Below, piece by piece: positions 13,570 to 26,424 of a DNA stretch of 64,000 nucleotides; the first letter of the stretch is position 1; every line of letters starts with the position of its first letter. Where the stretch lies: contig OY740789.1 in assembly GCA_963514005.1 (NCBI GenBank), forward strand, positions 59,706,001 through 59,770,000, read 5' to 3'. Both the position numbers and the translations under genes were made by a program. This DNA comes from Raja brachyura. Taxonomy: Eukaryota. Under the pieces are notes generated by a model that made no database searches, was not told the origin of the DNA, and worked only from the letters and a program-made list of their open reading frames with translations.

Positions 13570-13830
13570 GTTCAGGCTAACATAACAGTGCAGTTCTGAG
13601 CCAGTGTGGCACTCTCTGAAGTCTTTCAATTAAACCATGACCCTTGTCTGCCTTCCCAGATGAATGTACAAGATCCTGTGGTGTACCGGCTGTTATTTAC
13701 CAGTCAAACAAAGTCACCAAAACAAATTATTTCATTTTAATCTCATAACCTTTGGTCGCAGCTTGTTGTATATCACTTCCTTACAGTAAATACTGGCTAA
13801 CTTCAAAAGTAGTTTAACAGCAACAAAGCT
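13570..13830 (+). mobile_element. Ancient DeuSINE (SacSINE1-like) remnant
   Basis: cagtgcagttctgag..gtgtggcact...ttaaacc...tgtctgccttcccagatgaatgtacaagatcc resembles the recalled SacSINE1/Deu-domain consensus. Confidence 0.55.
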
Positions 13831-14446
13831 GCCTGCAACCAGAACAAACCTTTGGCAGAAATTCATAGGAATCATGTGGGGTGTAGGGGCAAGGACTGTG
13901 TGAGCAGATGCTTTGGCCGCTGTTCACCCACTGTGAACAATCTCCAGATGTACAACCGAACATGGCCATGCTTATCAACTGATTCAAACACTGTTAAACT
14001 TTGGTCCCCCAGATATTAGAAGAGAACCTCCCTCTCCTCTATTATTCATTGCACTACATTAACCCAACTTACTCAATCCATCATAGTAAATAATGCATGC
14101 CTAGATCCCAGCTCAAAACTCTGTGGCAGAGAGTCCAATCAAACAACTCATTAAGTAGCAAAGAACAGTGGAAGTCTTAATGACACAATGATGAGCTAAG
14201 ACCGTTTCACCATCCTCATAGAGCCAGTTCCCTGAATCAGAACTTCCATGCAATAATTGGACAGCCTTGAAACAAATTTAAATCGGGCAGGGTTAATATA
14301 GTCAACCTTTACCCTGAACATAAATTCAAATCATTCCCAAAGAAACCCAAAAAGTAGATTGCTTTGTCAAATATTGTCTTCCTCGCTTCTTTTTCAGAGT
14401 GTGTAGCTGACATTCACACAATAACACCAAACGGCATCAGTTTCAG

Positions 14447-14750
14447 TTGCTACAGTGGAGGAGTTGTAGAGTTGTAGCTTCTCCGCGTCAGAGATCCGGG
14501 TTCATTTCTGACCTCGGGTGCTACCTGTGCCGAGTTTGCACATTCTTCCTGTGACTGTGTCAGTTTTCACCGGGTGTTCTGATTTCCTCCCACATTCCAA
14601 AGTTGTGCAGGTTTGTAGGTTAACTGGCCTCTATAAAATTGCCCCAAGCAAAAGTGGGACATCCACACAGAGCTAGTGGATGGGTGATGGGTGGTCGGCG
14701 TGGACTGTGTGCGTTGACGGGCCTGCTTCCATGCTGTATCTCTAAACTCT
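14447..14750 (+). mobile_element. HE1-type V-SINE
   Basis: tRNA-like head, V-domain (gggtgttctgatttcctcccacattccaaag) and tail ggcctgcttccatgctgtatctctaaac. Confidence 0.8.
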
Positions 14751-15484
14751 GAACACAATATGAAGCAGATCAGCTGCAAGGTATTTTGGGATGTGGATCA
14801 GAAAAGGTACAAGGTACATGAGACAGATTCCAACTTGATGTTTCTGCATGAAGAATGCTAATTTCACGCTGTAAATATCTGCTATCAATATTGAGATCGA
14901 GGCAATTGGAGAAAAAGGATTAGCATAAAGAAATTGAATTACTACTTTATAATTAGTGAGCCAATTATTTGATTGTGACCAGTTCACATACATTGCATGT
15001 AACTTATTGTAACTGCAATACATGTGATTATGTCGGAATGGAATTTTACAATCTTTAATTTGCTTGATGGAAGTGATATCATAATTCAACTGTTTGAATA
15101 ATGGTTTGCTGTGCAGACAAGCAAATCAATCAACATAATCTCAAGCAGACTCCCAATATTTATAAAATGCAGTAGACTTTTGCAGTTCAGAGAGCAGTTC
15201 CAGTTGATAACCATGTCGCAAGACTTTAAAGCTTCTGCAGGAATGTTTCTCTGGGGCAAAGTTGGAGCTCGGATTCAAATGGAATTATGATGCAAATCTT
15301 TTAAAGAATGTACGTTCTCTAACATGTTCCTTATTTGAACTTCTGTCTGTACAAATTAGAGAAGTCCAGAGTGCTGGATCTCACACGATCGCACAATGTT
15401 CTCCGCACAGTGTTGTTCCAAATGTCCAATGGAACCGTTTTTCTACTGCTGCACTTCATTAAATAAGAAAACATTTTTTTACTG

Positions 15485-15778
15485 CAGCATGTTGGCGCAG
15501 CAATCAAGCTGCTGCCTTACGGCACCAGAGACCCGGGTTCGATTGTTACTACAGGTGCTGTCTGTACAGAGTTTGTACGTTGTCTCTGTCATGGCATGGG
15601 TTTTCTCTGGGTGCTCTGGTTTTTTCCTGCATTCCAAAGACATGCAGGTTTCTAAGTTAATTGGCTCCAGCATATTATGCCTACTGTGAAGGATTGGATA
15701 GAGGGATAACATGAAACTTGTGTGATGGTCAACATATATTTGGTGGCTGAAGGCCCATTTACATGCTATATCTCTGAA
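15485..15778 (+). mobile_element. HE1-type V-SINE
   Basis: Head gctgctgccttacggcaccagagacccgggttcg, V-domain and tail. Confidence 0.8.
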
Positions 15779-15901
15779 CAAATTGTAATCTCTGAACAAA
15801 TTATAACATTTTGTTTTATAACCAACTGAATCACCTCCGTAATTTCTACATTCATAAACAGCTAAAAAATTGGATATTAGGAAACTACCTTCACAATTTG
15901 T

Positions 15902-16280
15902 ATAGAAACATAGAAAATAGGTGCAGGAGTAGGCCATTTGGCCCTTCGAGCCACCACCGCCATTCAACATGTTCATGGCTGATCATCCAAAATCAGTAGC
16001 CCGTTCCTCCTTTCTTCCCATTACCCTTCATTCCGTTAGCCTTAGGAGATATATCTAACTCTCTCTTGAAAACATCCAGTGAATTGGCCTCCACAGCCTT
16101 CTGGGCAGATAATTCCTCAGATTCACAACTCTCTGGGTGAAAACGTTATTCTTCATCTCAGTCCGAAATGGCCTACCCTTTATTCTTACACTGTGACCCC
16201 TGGTTCAGGACTCCACCAACATTGGGAACATCTTTCCTGCATCTAACCTGCCCAATCCCTTAAGAATTTTATATGTTTCA
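15902..16280 (-). mobile_element. CR1 (HER1-like) LINE 3' end
   Basis: tagaaacatagaaaataggtgcaggagtaggcc tail; reverse-complement relative of 50522-50987. Confidence 0.8.
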
Positions 16281-16339
16281 TATGTTTCAGTAATCATGGA
16301 TTGGTATTTCATTTTAGGCACCTAATACTTAAATTACAA

Positions 16340-17465
16340 AGTCTCCACTATTGTCCCTGTACACAAAAATACAAGGATTACTGGTCTTAATGACTGCAGG
16401 TCTGTCGCACAGACCTTCGTAATCATGAAGGCCCTTGAAAGACTTGTGCTGGCCCAGCTGAAAAATATCACAAACCCCTGCAGTTTGAATACTGGGCCAA
16501 CAGATCAGTGGATGACACAGTCAACCTAGGCCTGCACTTCATCCTCCAGCACCTAGACCATCAGGGGACCTATGCAAGGATTTTGTTTGTGGATTTTAGC
16601 CCTGCATTCAACACCATTGTGCCAGAGCTGCTACACTCCAAACTATCCCAGTTGACTGTGCCTGAACTCCTTTGTCAGTGGATCAACTACCTCCTGACAG
16701 ACGGGAAGCAACATGTGAGGATGGGAAAGCACATCTTGGACCCACAGATCCTCAGCATAGGAGCGCTGCAAGGCTGTGTACTCTCCCCTCTCCTTTACTC
16801 TCTCTGCACCAACGACTGTACCTCCACAGACACCTCTATCAAGCTTCTCAAGTTTGCAGATGACAGAACCCTGATTGGACTGATCTAGGATGGGGATGGA
16901 TTTGCCTACAGACAGGAAGTGACACAGCTGCCATCCTGGTGCCTTCGTAACAACCTGGGGCTCAATTTTCTTAAGATAGTGGAATTGATAGTAGACTTTA
17001 GGAGAGCCCCCCTTCGTCTGGTTTGGCTCAGCCACCAAGGACGACATCCAGAGACTGCAGCGAATCGTTCGATCAGCTGAGAAGGTTGGTGGCTGCAACC
17101 TTTCCCCCCCCATTGACAAACTGTACACAGCAAGGGCCAGGAAGTGAGTGGGTAAGATCATCTCTGACCCCTCTCACCCTGGCCACAAACTCTTTGAAGC
17201 ATTTCCTTCTGGAAGGCAACTCTGGACTGTCAAAGCTGCCACGACCAGACACAAAAACAGCTTTTTTGCACCAGCAGTAACGCTACTCAATAATCAAAAC
17301 TCTCCTTTTACTCTGGTATTTTATTTCATTCACATGTTTAAATTCTAATGTTTTATTCTTAATGTTTTATGTTTTATTCTTAATTGTTTACTGTATGTCA
17401 TTTTGTTACTTGCGAGTGGAGCACCAAGGCAAATTCCTTGTATGTGTACATACTTGGCCAATAAA
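16340..17465 (+). mobile_element. Rex1/Babar LINE, 5'-truncated, with RT remnant
   Basis: YARILFVDFSPAFNTI, GALQGCVLSPLLYSL.TNDC, LLKFADD and IISDPSHPGH motifs; 3' tail aattccttgtatgtgtacatacttggccaataaa. Confidence 0.9.
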
Positions 17466-17893
17466 TAATCAAAAAAAGTGTGAGATGTTTCAGATTTTGC
17501 CTTAGAATATTTAAATTTTTGCACCCAAATTATTTTGAAACATTTGGAATGCAATCAATTTTGGTGGTGATTACAAATTTAGACTATTTGTCTAATTGCC
17601 TTTCAAAACCTTAATTGTCAATGATATTATCCTACTTACAGTGAATGGGGTTTTGTTTGCAGGATAAAGGTACTGGGAAGTGAATTGGCTAGCATCACTC
17701 AAGATCTTCAATTCCAATTGCAGAATTGTAGATAAACAAGAATTTCCAAATCAGAAAAGACTTAGTCTATTTGGTCAGTCCAGAGTTCAAAAATAAAGTG
17801 GGATTTCCAACATTCATCCTTCGGGACAACAGTATATCCAGCTGCCTGAAATGATTCATGTTGTCAGCCTTAATCATCTAGATGGATAATCCA

Positions 17894-18110
17894 TCTATAT
17901 ATTATTAAAAGTCTTGTCTGTCTATCTGTGAGATCAAGGAACTACGCCAAAAGAGTACACAACAGCGCATACATTTCTGCATCACCTTACGCGCCTTTGT
18001 CCTGTGGTCGTTCCTGTCAAGTTTCCTTCAGATTTGATGTTATATTTCATGTTATTGATATTTAAACGTTTCAAAACGCCAAATTCTCAGAATAACTGTG
18101 CTATGAGAGG
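17894..18110 (+). mobile_element. Possible non-autonomous Helitron-like 5' portion
   Basis: Begins a|tctatatatattattaaaagtc, a TC-start motif typical of Helitrons. No clear hairpin-CTAG 3' end was seen. Confidence 0.35.
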
Positions 18111-18129
18111 TTTCTGACAGTTGCAGCGA

Positions 18130-18412
18130 TGACCTAGAATGGGGAGACCGCCGTGAAGGACGGTGGGAGAACAAATGGAGACCCGGTGTGGAGGGGGGGG
18201 GGGGGGGGGGGGCACTCTAGAGAATCCTCTGGATAAGCCTGCATTTGTTTGTTTGTTTGTTTGTTTGTTCGTTCTGGTTAAGGCGCTGTGCACACAGTCG
18301 CTTGTCTTTTTTTCACTTTTAATTTTAATTTCAAGTTTTCGTGTACTTTGTGTGTTATGACAATTGGCAGACCAATTTACCTTCGGGGTTGTATAAAGTT
18401 CTATCGTATCGT
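18130..18412 (+). mobile_element. Retroelement 3' fragment with poly-G and (TTTG)n tracts
   Basis: G run at ~18194-18212, (tttg)n at ~18244-18270, and tail ataaagttctatcgtatcgta. Confidence 0.5.
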
Positions 18413-18452
18413 AAGAACCATCTTCTTACATTGTTTATTTTCTATTTTTCAG

Positions 18453-18695
18453 GGGAAGAATCGGGCTGTTCCATTGAGCATTGCCCAATACAGTTTCAAT
18501 CTCTCTGCCCTGAAGATTCTGTACTTGTCAAAGGATACACGGCACCAGACCAATGCTGCCCAACTCCTAGTGTCTGCCAGTGTAATAAAGAAGCCTGCAA
18601 AGAAAAGGACTGTCATCTAGGTCACCAGCAAGTTCTGCTTTCAGAAGCCACGGGAATACCAGGGGAGTGCTGTGATGTGCATGAGTGCAGATCAG
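18453..18695 (+). CDS. CRIM1: CRIM1-like internal exon (homologous to CRIM1 exon 3; Cys-rich module)
   Basis: Acceptor ttttcag| and donor |gtata; 243 bp, phase 1-1. Translates EESGCSIEHCPIQFQSLCPEDSVLVKGYTAPDQCCPTPSVCQCNKEACKEKDCHLGHQQVLLSEATGIPGECCDVHECRS, matching the recalled CRIM1 motifs CPEDSVL..GY..P..CCP.PS.C.CN and PGECCD..EC. May be a paralogue rather than the orthologue. Confidence 0.9.
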
Positions 18696-19779
18696 GTATA
18701 TATTTTTGTAAAGTTGGTATAGTTCAAATTGGAATTATCTTAATTTATAGAATATCGTACTCTGTTGACGTTCAAAGCAATGACATTGTTTGATGATTAA
18801 TCCCTAATGAACCAATGAACAATATCTGAAGGGTCTATTTTCCCCTGTGCTGTGTGTTTTTGGTGCATGAAGAAAATTAAATCAAAGCCATTCACCCCAT
18901 TTATTGTTCATCCATCAAGTGCCTCCACTTGTTTTATTCACCATTCTAGATTCTAGAATATCTATTACCTAGATTATTTAATATCCTGAATAACTATAAA
19001 TGTTTAGCTCCACGTTGTTCTAATAAATAAGCAAAGTAGCAAGAAGCTGTTTATGATAGTTTTGAAATCTCTGTTTGAAATCAGTTGTAGTTGTTCATTA
19101 TATTCCATTTGCAATTCTCTTGTCATTCCTGGATAATTCAAAATCAATAGCAATGGCAGCATTCACAGACTCATCGGTACACCCAGTTGGCTAATCTGCT
19201 AATCTACAATTACTCTTTAAAATTCAAGTTGTGAAAAAGCCATGTCAGATGTTTTCAAGTCGTAACTCTGATCTCATCCTGAACTATTCCATGCAAGTGC
19301 AGGTTTATTGTTGCTATTATAAGATCAAAGTTATGTGGAGTGACTAATTGATGCGAGGTAGCTCTTTGTGTTGGGTGTTGTTTATACATGGTAACAAATG
19401 TAATTACAGTACCCAGCACTTAAACTGTGCACATCCCCGTTGGGCATACAGTCCAATCCAATTTCCATTGCCACAGTCGTCAGACAAGATTGGCACTTGG
19501 AACATGTTAAGGATGCAGGTTATTTTAGGCTGGAACAGGCACATGATATGGGGTTCACACCTCATTAAGCTGTATTTAGTAGATTGTATGACAACTATTC
19601 AATACATTTTGGTATTTTGTAGCCACTGTCTTCGCTTTTGAAGCTTAAGTAGGATTCAAGTACTTTTGTTGCAACTCTGTTGTTCTTTGCCAATCATTAC
19701 GAGAAGAAAGTGTGAGCAATACGGACTGAATTACAATTATTCACAGTCACTGCTAGCAATGTTCATTGCACATCCCCAG

Positions 19780-20490
19780 TTGTCCTTGAAAGGTGGTCGT
19801 CAACTGGCTATCTAAATCATTGCAATCTTTGTGGTAAAGGTACTTTCCTAATGCTCTGGTGTGGAATTAGAGTGACAATGGAACAACGTTCCAAATTGAG
19901 AGGTTCTGTGATCTAGAAAGATGCTGCTGCCCTTGTCCTGGGTGATGAAAGTCAAATATTTCGAAGGGACACAGAAATGTCAATTAAGCAGACTGTTTCG
20001 CCTGAGATAATATTGCGGTTCTGAAGTGTTTTGGAGCTAATTTGATCTAAGCAAATGAAGGGTATTCCATCCAACTCCTGATGGATAATTGAAAGTCTTT
20101 GGGGAGTAATGAAGTTAGTCGCAAACCACAAGATACTCTGCCTCCGACCACAGTGTTCTTGTTGCTGGTTTAGTTATTTCTGAGCATGGATTATCCCCAG
20201 GATGTTCTTAGTGAGAGCTGCAATAGTGACCATTCCAGTATGCATTAAGGATAGGAAGTCAGTCTCTTGTATGAGAGGGTCATTGCCTTGCACTAAGATA
20301 TACTAGGTGTTTGATTCTACTTATCATCCAACCCAGAATATTGCCCAGGTTCTGCATTGTGGGTGCATAAAACTGCTTTCTTAGTGGAGGTGTTGCACTG
20401 GAACTAAGCACTGAACAGTTATAACCAAGTATACTCACTTCTGACATACTGGGGCAGTCATTGAAGCATGAAGACATTTGGTCCATGACT
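19780..20490 (-). mobile_element. Old CR1/L2-clade LINE remnant
   Basis: Decayed LINE-like 3' region (minus-strand QNLGNILGW ~ DL.NI..W). Confidence 0.4.
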
Positions 20491-20705
20491 ATGCAACATA
20501 TCAGTACACAGAATCTCTTGAATTAGTTTTTTTTAATTTACCTCAAAGTTAAATTTGTTTTGTAATGTTTTGACCATTTCAGCTGTCCAGTACACACAGC
20601 AGACAAATTACCTTTGCACAAAGCATCTTTTGTCAGCAGCTTGAACTCGACAAAGATCTAACTCAGAAAAGATGTTATGCACAAGGACAAATATTTAGAA
20701 AACTC

Positions 20706-20830
20706 AAGGAACTGCAGATGCTGGTTTGCAAAGAAAGAGACAAACTGCTGGAATAACTCAGTTGAATAATGGTCGCCTATCCATGTTCTCCAGAGAAGTT
20801 GCCTGCCCTGCTGAGTTACTCCAGCACTTT
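20706..20830. mobile_element. Short PLE foldback
   Basis: aaggaactgcagatgctgg...tgctggaataactcag followed by its inverse ctgagttactccagca. Confidence 0.7.
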
Positions 20831-20964
20831 ATCTTTTTTTTAGATATAATTAATTAATATATGATGAAATGTAGGAAACTCAAGAGGTGTAGAAATCTAA
20901 GTGGTGTCCCTCATTTATTTGTGAAATATAAAACTTCCACATCCATGCAGTAACAATAGTCATG

Positions 20965-21116
20965 TTTTAGAAGCTTTTAAATAGGCGCATGGATGTGAAT
21001 AGAGGGATATGGATAATGTTTAGGCAGATGAGATCATTTTAACTTGGCATCATGTTCAGCACAAACAATGTAGGCTGAAGGGCCCGTTCCTGTGCTGTAC
21101 TGTTCTATGTTCTATG
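20965..21116 (+). mobile_element. CR1 LINE 3' tail
   Basis: gagggatatgga...ggctgaagggcccgttcctgtgctgtactgttctatgttctatg. Confidence 0.75.
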
Positions 21117-22099
21117 AGATGTGTTGGAGGAGGCTAATTTACACCATCTTAAAAACATTAAAAAACTGACAATTGAAGACTATTCGTGAAAACAAGGCCA
21201 ACGGAATATAAAGATGGCTTTTATAGGTATGAATGCTGAAAGGAGAATCAACACCTACTCAAGTGCAATTAGAGATGGTTTACGTATATATTATTTGAAC
21301 AAAACAAACCATTTAAACTAATGAAGCTCCGGAGTGCTGTGACAGCCGACTCCAACATCCGAGGAGCTGTGGCTGCGGGCATCCAGCCGTGGGCGGCGCT
21401 GGATTTAAAACACCGCGGAGCCTGGGATCCGAAATCGCCAGAGTTGGAGCCGTGGTCTCCGGGGAGGAAGAGGCCGCTCCAGACATTCCAAGCCGCTGAT
21501 GGAAGAAACATGATTTAACAACACTATTAAAAGCAATAACTGATGGAACTTGGCAAAATAAGGGAAGAAGGGCTTCAGAATTTGAAATAGTATGGACCAA
21601 ATAGTCTTTTTCATTTATAACCATTGTATTTTGTGATCAACAAAAGGGAGGAAGAGAGAATTAAAGAGGAATTTGCAGATTGAGGATGAGATGGTAAAGA
21701 ACAAAAATGTAAATGGAGTCTTGAAGAAGAATGAGAGAGGCAAAGAGGGAATGGATGTTATCTGTAGGTAAAAAGTGAGAGAAAGATAGAAAAAGTCACA
21801 AACAGGATAGAAGGAAGACGAGAGAGGAGAAATGAGCATTGAGATTTGGAAGCAGTTAAAGAGAATTGAAATAAGGCAAAATAAGATGAGTAAATATCCA
21901 AGGTAAAAAGAGATTGCACAGGAGGAGAAATAAACACCACTTAAGATGAATAATGTATGTGCATGTGTGAGTTTCAAGCATACAAAAACCATTTGATGAA
22001 ATGGGCTTCTAAATGTTTTGCTCATCAAGTATATCATTTAATGCATCGTCTTTAAAACAATTTATAATTTTCCTGCCATGTCAAGCTGCCTAGAGCAAA

Positions 22100-22275
22100 C
22101 TGTTGAATGAACTTGGTGGGTCTGGCAGGACTGAGGTAGGGACCCCTGAACCAAAGAAGTCCCAACCCGAAACATTGACTGCCCATTTATCGCTACAAAT
22201 GTTGCCTGATTGGCTGAGTTCTTCCTGCAGTTTGTCTTTTGCTCCAGATTCCAGCATTTGCACTCTGCTTTTGGC
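22100..22275 (+). mobile_element. PLE 3'/pLTR fragment
   Basis: ctgaaccaaagaagtcccaacccgaaacattgac (decayed HHR) and gattccagcatttgca tail. Confidence 0.6.
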
Positions 22276-23583
22276 TCTCATCTTTAGAGTACATTAGCAG
22301 AATTAATCTTGCTACCCAGGCTGTAAAGCTGCAGTCTTTTCGAGTTCTAACATTGGAGGAGTAATTTTCTTTAAAAAAAAGACTTGCTAATATATATGCA
22401 CACGTCCTTATAAATAACAGCAAATTTTATGATGTGTCGTAGCATGGATTGATTGTGTGGATGGCTACCTTTGGATCTGTTGCAGTGAACTGAAAGATGG
22501 TTTTGATTTGTGGATGAAGAATATTTCAAGGGAAACCAAAATATCACTTTGATTGGAATCTTGAAAAAGTGGAATTTGTTTTCATTTAATAGACTTTACT
22601 GTGTCCCAAATTACTTGTACTCGTTCCTTGGAAAAATGTTCAAAAATATGTTCAAAACTCTTCTTTCTTACTAAAAATAGATGTATTGACACAATGCAGT
22701 GATGTTGCCATTAAACATGTTTTCCTCCTTTCACTGATCTTTAGTTTCACATCCTTGAGTTGTTTGAATATTCGGGCCATTTCTAGAAAAGTTGATGTCC
22801 TTGCACATTGTTGCCCAGGACAAATACTGCTGGTATTTATATACGTGCTGAATCCGCCAGAGTCCAGTTGGTAATCACCCTTCACCCTGTCCTTGTTCAT
22901 CTTTTAATTATGTTATTTACCCGGCAAGTATGAAATATTTGCACCTGCCTTTAATGGATTTGCTCCCTGATCCATATTTAGATCTGGTCTGGGTTAGACA
23001 ACAACAGAAGCTCTCATCAGAAGCAGGTGGAAATTTATTACTCCATTCAAAAGAGGTTTGGTTGTATTTATAACATGACTGCATTTTCTGATTCACAATC
23101 ACTGAGTGCACGCCCAACAAAACTAACCAGAGACTCTCGTAACTCCTGTGATGTTAACATAGCTTAATGTCCATGAGAATTATTCTCACTGTGCAGACAG
23201 ATATTCATCTCTCTTACTCAAAAAAAATTTATTTGGTCTTTTATTAACCTTATGCAGCTTATGTGAGCTTGCTATGAGAACATTGTCTGCTACACCTTTT
23301 ACATTAAAAATTAACCTATAACCCATTGACTAAGGAACATTTTTGGATAATCTGAAAAGGATATCAAAGTTGCTCGATGATTAAATGTTTTCCCTTTACC
23401 CTTGTGCAAACGACTGACTCTTTCATCTCCATCTGGAATATTTAGGAATATTTAGAACATTTTTATGCCCAGTTTCCTGCTTCTTATTAATACAGTCTGT
23501 TTCTTCTAAGATGTTTAGTAATACATAGATTGGCATGAATGCCAAGTGTTTGCATAGTGCCATTCATTCCATGTCAGCCACAT

Positions 23584-23871
23584 GGGCGGCACAGCGGTAG
23601 TGTTGCTGCCTTACAGCGCCCGAGACCCGGGTTCCATCCTGATTACAGGTGCTGTCTGTATGGAGTTTGTACGTTTTCCCTGTGACCATGTGGGTTTTCT
23701 CCGGGTGCTTCAGTATCCCCTCGCATTCCAAAGATGCTGATTTGGCTTCTGTAAATTTCCCCGACTGTGTAGATTTTGAAACTGGCATAACATAGAACTT
23801 GTGATAGCTGGTCGGCACGGACTTGGTGGGCCGAAGGGCCTGCTTCCATGCTGTATCACTAGAGTAAACTA
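23584..23871 (+). mobile_element. HE1-type V-SINE
   Basis: gggcggcacagcggtag head, V-domain gtacgttttccctgtgaccatgtgggttttctccgggtgc and tail. Confidence 0.85.
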
Positions 23872-24310
23872 AGAAGGATCAAGTAACTGCTTTCTTTAGG
23901 GTATTTCAGTTTACAATGAAACCTATGTTCACTGGCCGTGTATTTACCAATTGGCCTGAAATGACTGAAATTATTTGCTGACTGGTTTCGCTAAACAAAT
24001 TCATGAATACATCAATGTATCTGCTAACCTCAGGCATTGGCTATTATCAGTGCAACTTTAAATTCTGCACATTGCGATGTTGTGAGTGTTTCATAAAGGT
24101 TTGTTTTAAACTTTGTAATTAGAATTATTGGCAAAACTGTTGTTTACTAAGAATCGGCTTTGATCATGTAGATAAACTGACCCAAGATACATCACAAGTA
24201 AATAATATCAAATTAAGAAAAATGATTTGAATTTCTTTGCAAATACTGAACATTCCCTTCTTGGATGGGGAAAGGAACTAAAATTTTGTTTTCAGATTTG
24301 ACCACTAAAA

Positions 24311-24540
24311 GGCGGCACGGTGGTGAGCAGTTGAGTTGCTGCCATACAGTTCCAGAGACCCTGGTTTTCTTTGGGTGCTCCGGCTTCCTCCCACTTTCCA
24401 AAGACGTGCAGGTTTATATGTTAATTGGCTTCTGTAAATTGTTCCTTGTATCGGAAACAACTAGAGTACGGGTGATCGCTGTCGGCGTGGACTCGGTGGG
24501 TCAAAGGGCATGTCTCGATGCTGTATCACTAAATCCAAAA
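24311..24540 (+). mobile_element. HE1-type V-SINE (internally deleted)
   Basis: Head, partial V-domain and tail present. Confidence 0.8.
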
Positions 24541-25850
24541 GATTAAATATCATCTTGCTTTTACATCTTTCAGTGTGTCATTTTTAATACTTTGCATGCT
24601 TGTGCAGATTTTTTCTTTGAAATATAAGCATAGAATTGATGTGAAACTTGGGAACAACACAACAAAGCAACAGAGTGAGCCAATGTTACGAAAGCAAGAG
24701 ATTAAGAGCATGCATGTAGCAGCGGGATAGAGTTTTGTAAATTCCATGGACGCTCAGGAGCCTATTTCAAGATCTCAAAATTGATTTAAAATTAAGCAAA
24801 TCCTATTGAAATCAACGTGGAATGGTATGTAGCTGAAGGAGTTGAGTTTAGTTTATTGTCACATGTACTGAGGTACAGTGAAAAGCTTTTGTTGATTTGG
24901 TTGTGCAAATTGGTTTGGGTAAATCAATGCCACACCGTCACTCGAGAAGAACTTTGCAGCTGTAAGTTTGCAGTTGCAGATACTTTGGAATATGAGATCG
25001 CATGGAGCTTCAGTTACTATGGGAGCACAAGGGTAGGAGCACTGAAGCTGGGCAGTAAGTCTGAAGATCAAAGTGATTAGGGATACATGATTGCAGCTTC
25101 ATAATGTTTTCTCTCTGTGGATCTAAATGTATTGACTTGCTGAGCTTTATTAGCTCAGTCACTGTAAAATTGCTTAGACAGTACAAAATATCTTGAAATA
25201 AAGTGCAGTTAAACAGGTTTTTTTGTGTGGTCACATGCTAGAGATGAAAAGTTCAACAGTTCAATGTTGGGAAAGGTTTTAAAATTTTGTTCCATCTGAA
25301 GGGTGAAAAATAATTCCCTTCGGAGCTTGGTACCAGCTTGATTGTGGTTGACAGGAAAGGGATCAGTGTTATGATCGTAAATGTCTGCTGTTCCTTTCTG
25401 ACCAGTGTTGAAGTCTTTTGTTTTGGCCTTTTTGAGGCCATTGCAGATTAAACCCACATGAATGCACTGACAGCAAGCTGACATCAAACGCCACTGGTTT
25501 GGAGAAGATGGGTTTTCAGCCGGAATAGCTTGGGCATTCATCCACAAAAAGCTTTCATTGCCACAAATGTGGTGAGAAAAATCTGAATAGAACAGATTGA
25601 CAGGTTCATCAAACATTTTATATGGAACTGCACAGTTCAAAAGAATTGTGCATTTTCTATCCTGAGAACTGCCTGGAATTTCCACACTAACACTTTATAA
25701 TTAATCTCCACATCTTTTAATATTTCATTGAATTGTGGCGAGTCAGCATTTTGAAGATTTGTGAACTTCCATTTTTTCCCTTCATGCAATGATCAATTTT
25801 TCCACGTGGTTTAGTTTTCTCCCACTTGAAAAGACCCTGGATACACTTTA

Positions 25851-26424
25851 AGGGCCTGTCCCACCAGCATGCAACTCTATGCGATGAGCGCGACCTAACG
25901 TGGTCGCTTGAGCCGTCCGGCGTCGCGGGGCCGGTCCCACTTCGATCGCCGGAGCCGTGCAGAATTGTGCGGAGTTCGTCCCGACAGCACGCGGGGCTCC
26001 GAAAAACTATGTTCAAAAATTCCGCGCGGCAACGGCTTGTCGGCTCGCAGTCGCCTCGACGCATGACACACCGTCTCGACGTCGTGCCTCCGTGACCCTC
26101 TCTGTAGGTGCCTCCGTGACCCTCTCTGTGTGTGGCTCCGTGGCCCTCTCTGTGTGTGCCTCTGTGCCCCTCTCTGTGTGCCCCTCTCTGTCCTGGCGAA
26201 CTTACCTTTAAGACTTTGCTCCAAGTTCGCCTCACTTTGCGCCACGTTGCGCCACTCACCTGACCTCCACGCAGCCCTTGCTGCCGGTTTGGTCGCGCTT
26301 GCCGCATACAGGCGCATGCTGGTGGGAATGGCCCTGTACAGGGATCACCCGACCTCCGCGCGGCCCCTGTTTCTAGTTTGATCGCGCTCATCGCATGGAG
26401 TCGGATGCTGGTAGGACAGGCCCT
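25851..26424. mobile_element. PIF/Harbinger-type MITE
   Basis: ~49-bp imperfect TIRs starting agggcctgtcc; exact TTA TSD (25848-25850 and 26425-26427); CpG-rich interior. Confidence 0.88.
26084..26191 (+). repeat. 24-bp tandem repeat (~4.5 copies) inside the MITE
   Basis: Unit gtgcctccgtgaccctctctgtgt. Confidence 0.85.

Noticed and set aside
21615-22037. Hydrophobic 140-aa minus-strand ORF
   Set aside because: Product of a purine-rich low-complexity tract.
23584-23660. tRNA-like A/B boxes at SINE heads (also 14447, 15485, 28183, 32884, 48995)
   Set aside because: These are tRNA-derived SINE heads followed by a V-domain and LINE tail, not tRNA genes.
24040-24100. tgcgatgttgtgagtgt...aaggt considered as a relic of CRIM1 exon 5 (CCDVFEC)
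   Set aside because: Requires a frameshift and shows no upstream similarity.
25717-26391. Longest ORF (224 aa) with THREGHG repeats
   Set aside because: Artefact of the GC-rich MITE and its 24-bp tandem repeat; no transposase motifs.
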